DNA of 64,000 bases from Dimorphilus gyrociliatus. Taxonomy: Eukaryota > Animalia > Annelida. The stretch is from contig CAJFCJ010000018.1 of NCBI GenBank assembly GCA_904063045.1, positions 124,001 to 188,000 on the forward strand. The letters are read 5' to 3'. The position numbers and the translations under genes were made by a program. Below the pieces are notes generated by a model. It saw only the letters and a program-made list of their open reading frames with translations. It was not told the DNA's origin and ran no database searches. This document shows positions 62,812 through 64,000 of the stretch, piece after piece. Numbering within the stretch: the stretch's first letter is position 1; each line of letters opens with the position of its first letter.

Positions 62812-64000
62812 TATTCTTTGTGATTTTTCAATACTTGGGTTTATTTAATAAAAAAAAAACTTAAATGTAGATGTAGTTTCTTGACAGTATTTGAGTGAAG
62901 TCGAGCTAGCTGAAAATGGCTGATTTTATATCAAACAACATACGTGAACTAAATCGTTGAACAATATCATGTCTGTTATACCATTTTGCTTCGTGAACCC
63001 TCGACCAATAAGCATGTCTCTTACATATTACTTTCAGTTCTTTTTATAGGTGTAATAGATCTTTGTGAAATTGGTGAAGAGTATTGCGAAATTTGTATGA
63101 AATAATTCATTAATATTAATTATAAACTATAATCGATAGAAGATTAGCACAACATGTTATAAAAAGTATGTAAAAAGAAGGTGTAGCTTTTTAATAATCA
63201 GATATTGATTAATCGTTCGTGAAAAAATATTCTTGAACTTTGTAGATCCTATTGAGTATTTCGGTATTCTAAGTGCATTTATTCATAAACCAAAAATTTC
63301 CATTGCAATTGACAAATGCTGGTCTTATTTACTTCAGAAAGCATTTAACCTATTCATGATCCTCTTTGTTAAAAATTATTAGACATTATGAAATAGTTCA
63401 GCTGAAATTGTAGATGAGTAAATTCTCCCTAACTGCTAATATTGTTATGTGAGAACAATTACCTCTTACAGGTCTGAAAACTTATAGATTTTATTCAAGC
63501 TGACGGTGAAAAGGTGTTGTAATATATATTTCATATTTGAAACAATAGAGACAATTGTATAATAGAGATTACAATATAGAATGTATATTCATTGTTAACT
63601 TTAACGGCTATTTTCAATCTAATAACGAGTTTTATAAAATTCCGAGATAGGAATATATTAAGTGAATCATGTTTTATTTTTACAAAAACCTCCTGAAATA
63701 AGGTTTTAGCAATGTTCTTCCTAGAAGAATCCTATGTAATAATGTTGTATATCATTGTGTGTAAACGAAGAGAGGCTGTAAAGAAAAATTTGATAAGCTA
63801 TTGGTTGTCTCTTTAAACTCTAAAGAATCAATACAATCCAGTACATATCATGTTTATTATTTACTTTTCTGTAGTATGTGCTAAGAATTTGACATTACAT
63901 TTAAACGAATAGTCAATTTCATGTTCTTTTCCCTTTTGGTATGGAATTAAATGTGATAAATCTAAAACTGTTCCTTCCTATACAATTTAGTTATTCACAA

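Overview
Eukaryotic, AT-rich, gene-dense animal DNA with very short introns (mostly 50-70 nt). This fits a compacted invertebrate genome, plausibly a miniaturised annelid or other lophotrochozoan (inference). Genes in order: UNC-93-like exon 1 (-); an unannotated signal-peptide gene (-); two tandem SLC6 GlyT/PROT-like transporters (+); TMEM26 (+); a divergent ionotropic receptor (-); a secreted Vps62-like protein (+); a transcobalamin/CG3556-like protein (-); STK19 (-); P4HB/PDI (+); UBXN4 (+, with a U12-type intron); MEIOC (-); LASP1 (-); alpha-catulin (-) head-to-head with RPL23 (+); a short GKAP/DLGAP protein (-); a disrupted NQO quinone reductase (+); an uncharacterised S/K-rich protein (-); a 76-aa two-exon membrane microprotein (+); a MUC4-like EGF-NIDO-AMOP-VWD-SEA-TM mucin (-); and DUSP10/MKP5 (-). 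The most unusual structure is 46.06-48.29 kb, a patchwork of direct copies from three nearby loci (mucin 3' tail, mucin 5' exons, NQO promoter/exon 1) with alternating ~80% and ~99% identity. No tRNA, rRNA, CRISPR array or recognisable transposon ORF was found. Exon models and identities were read by eye and need RNA-seq or alignment confirmation.
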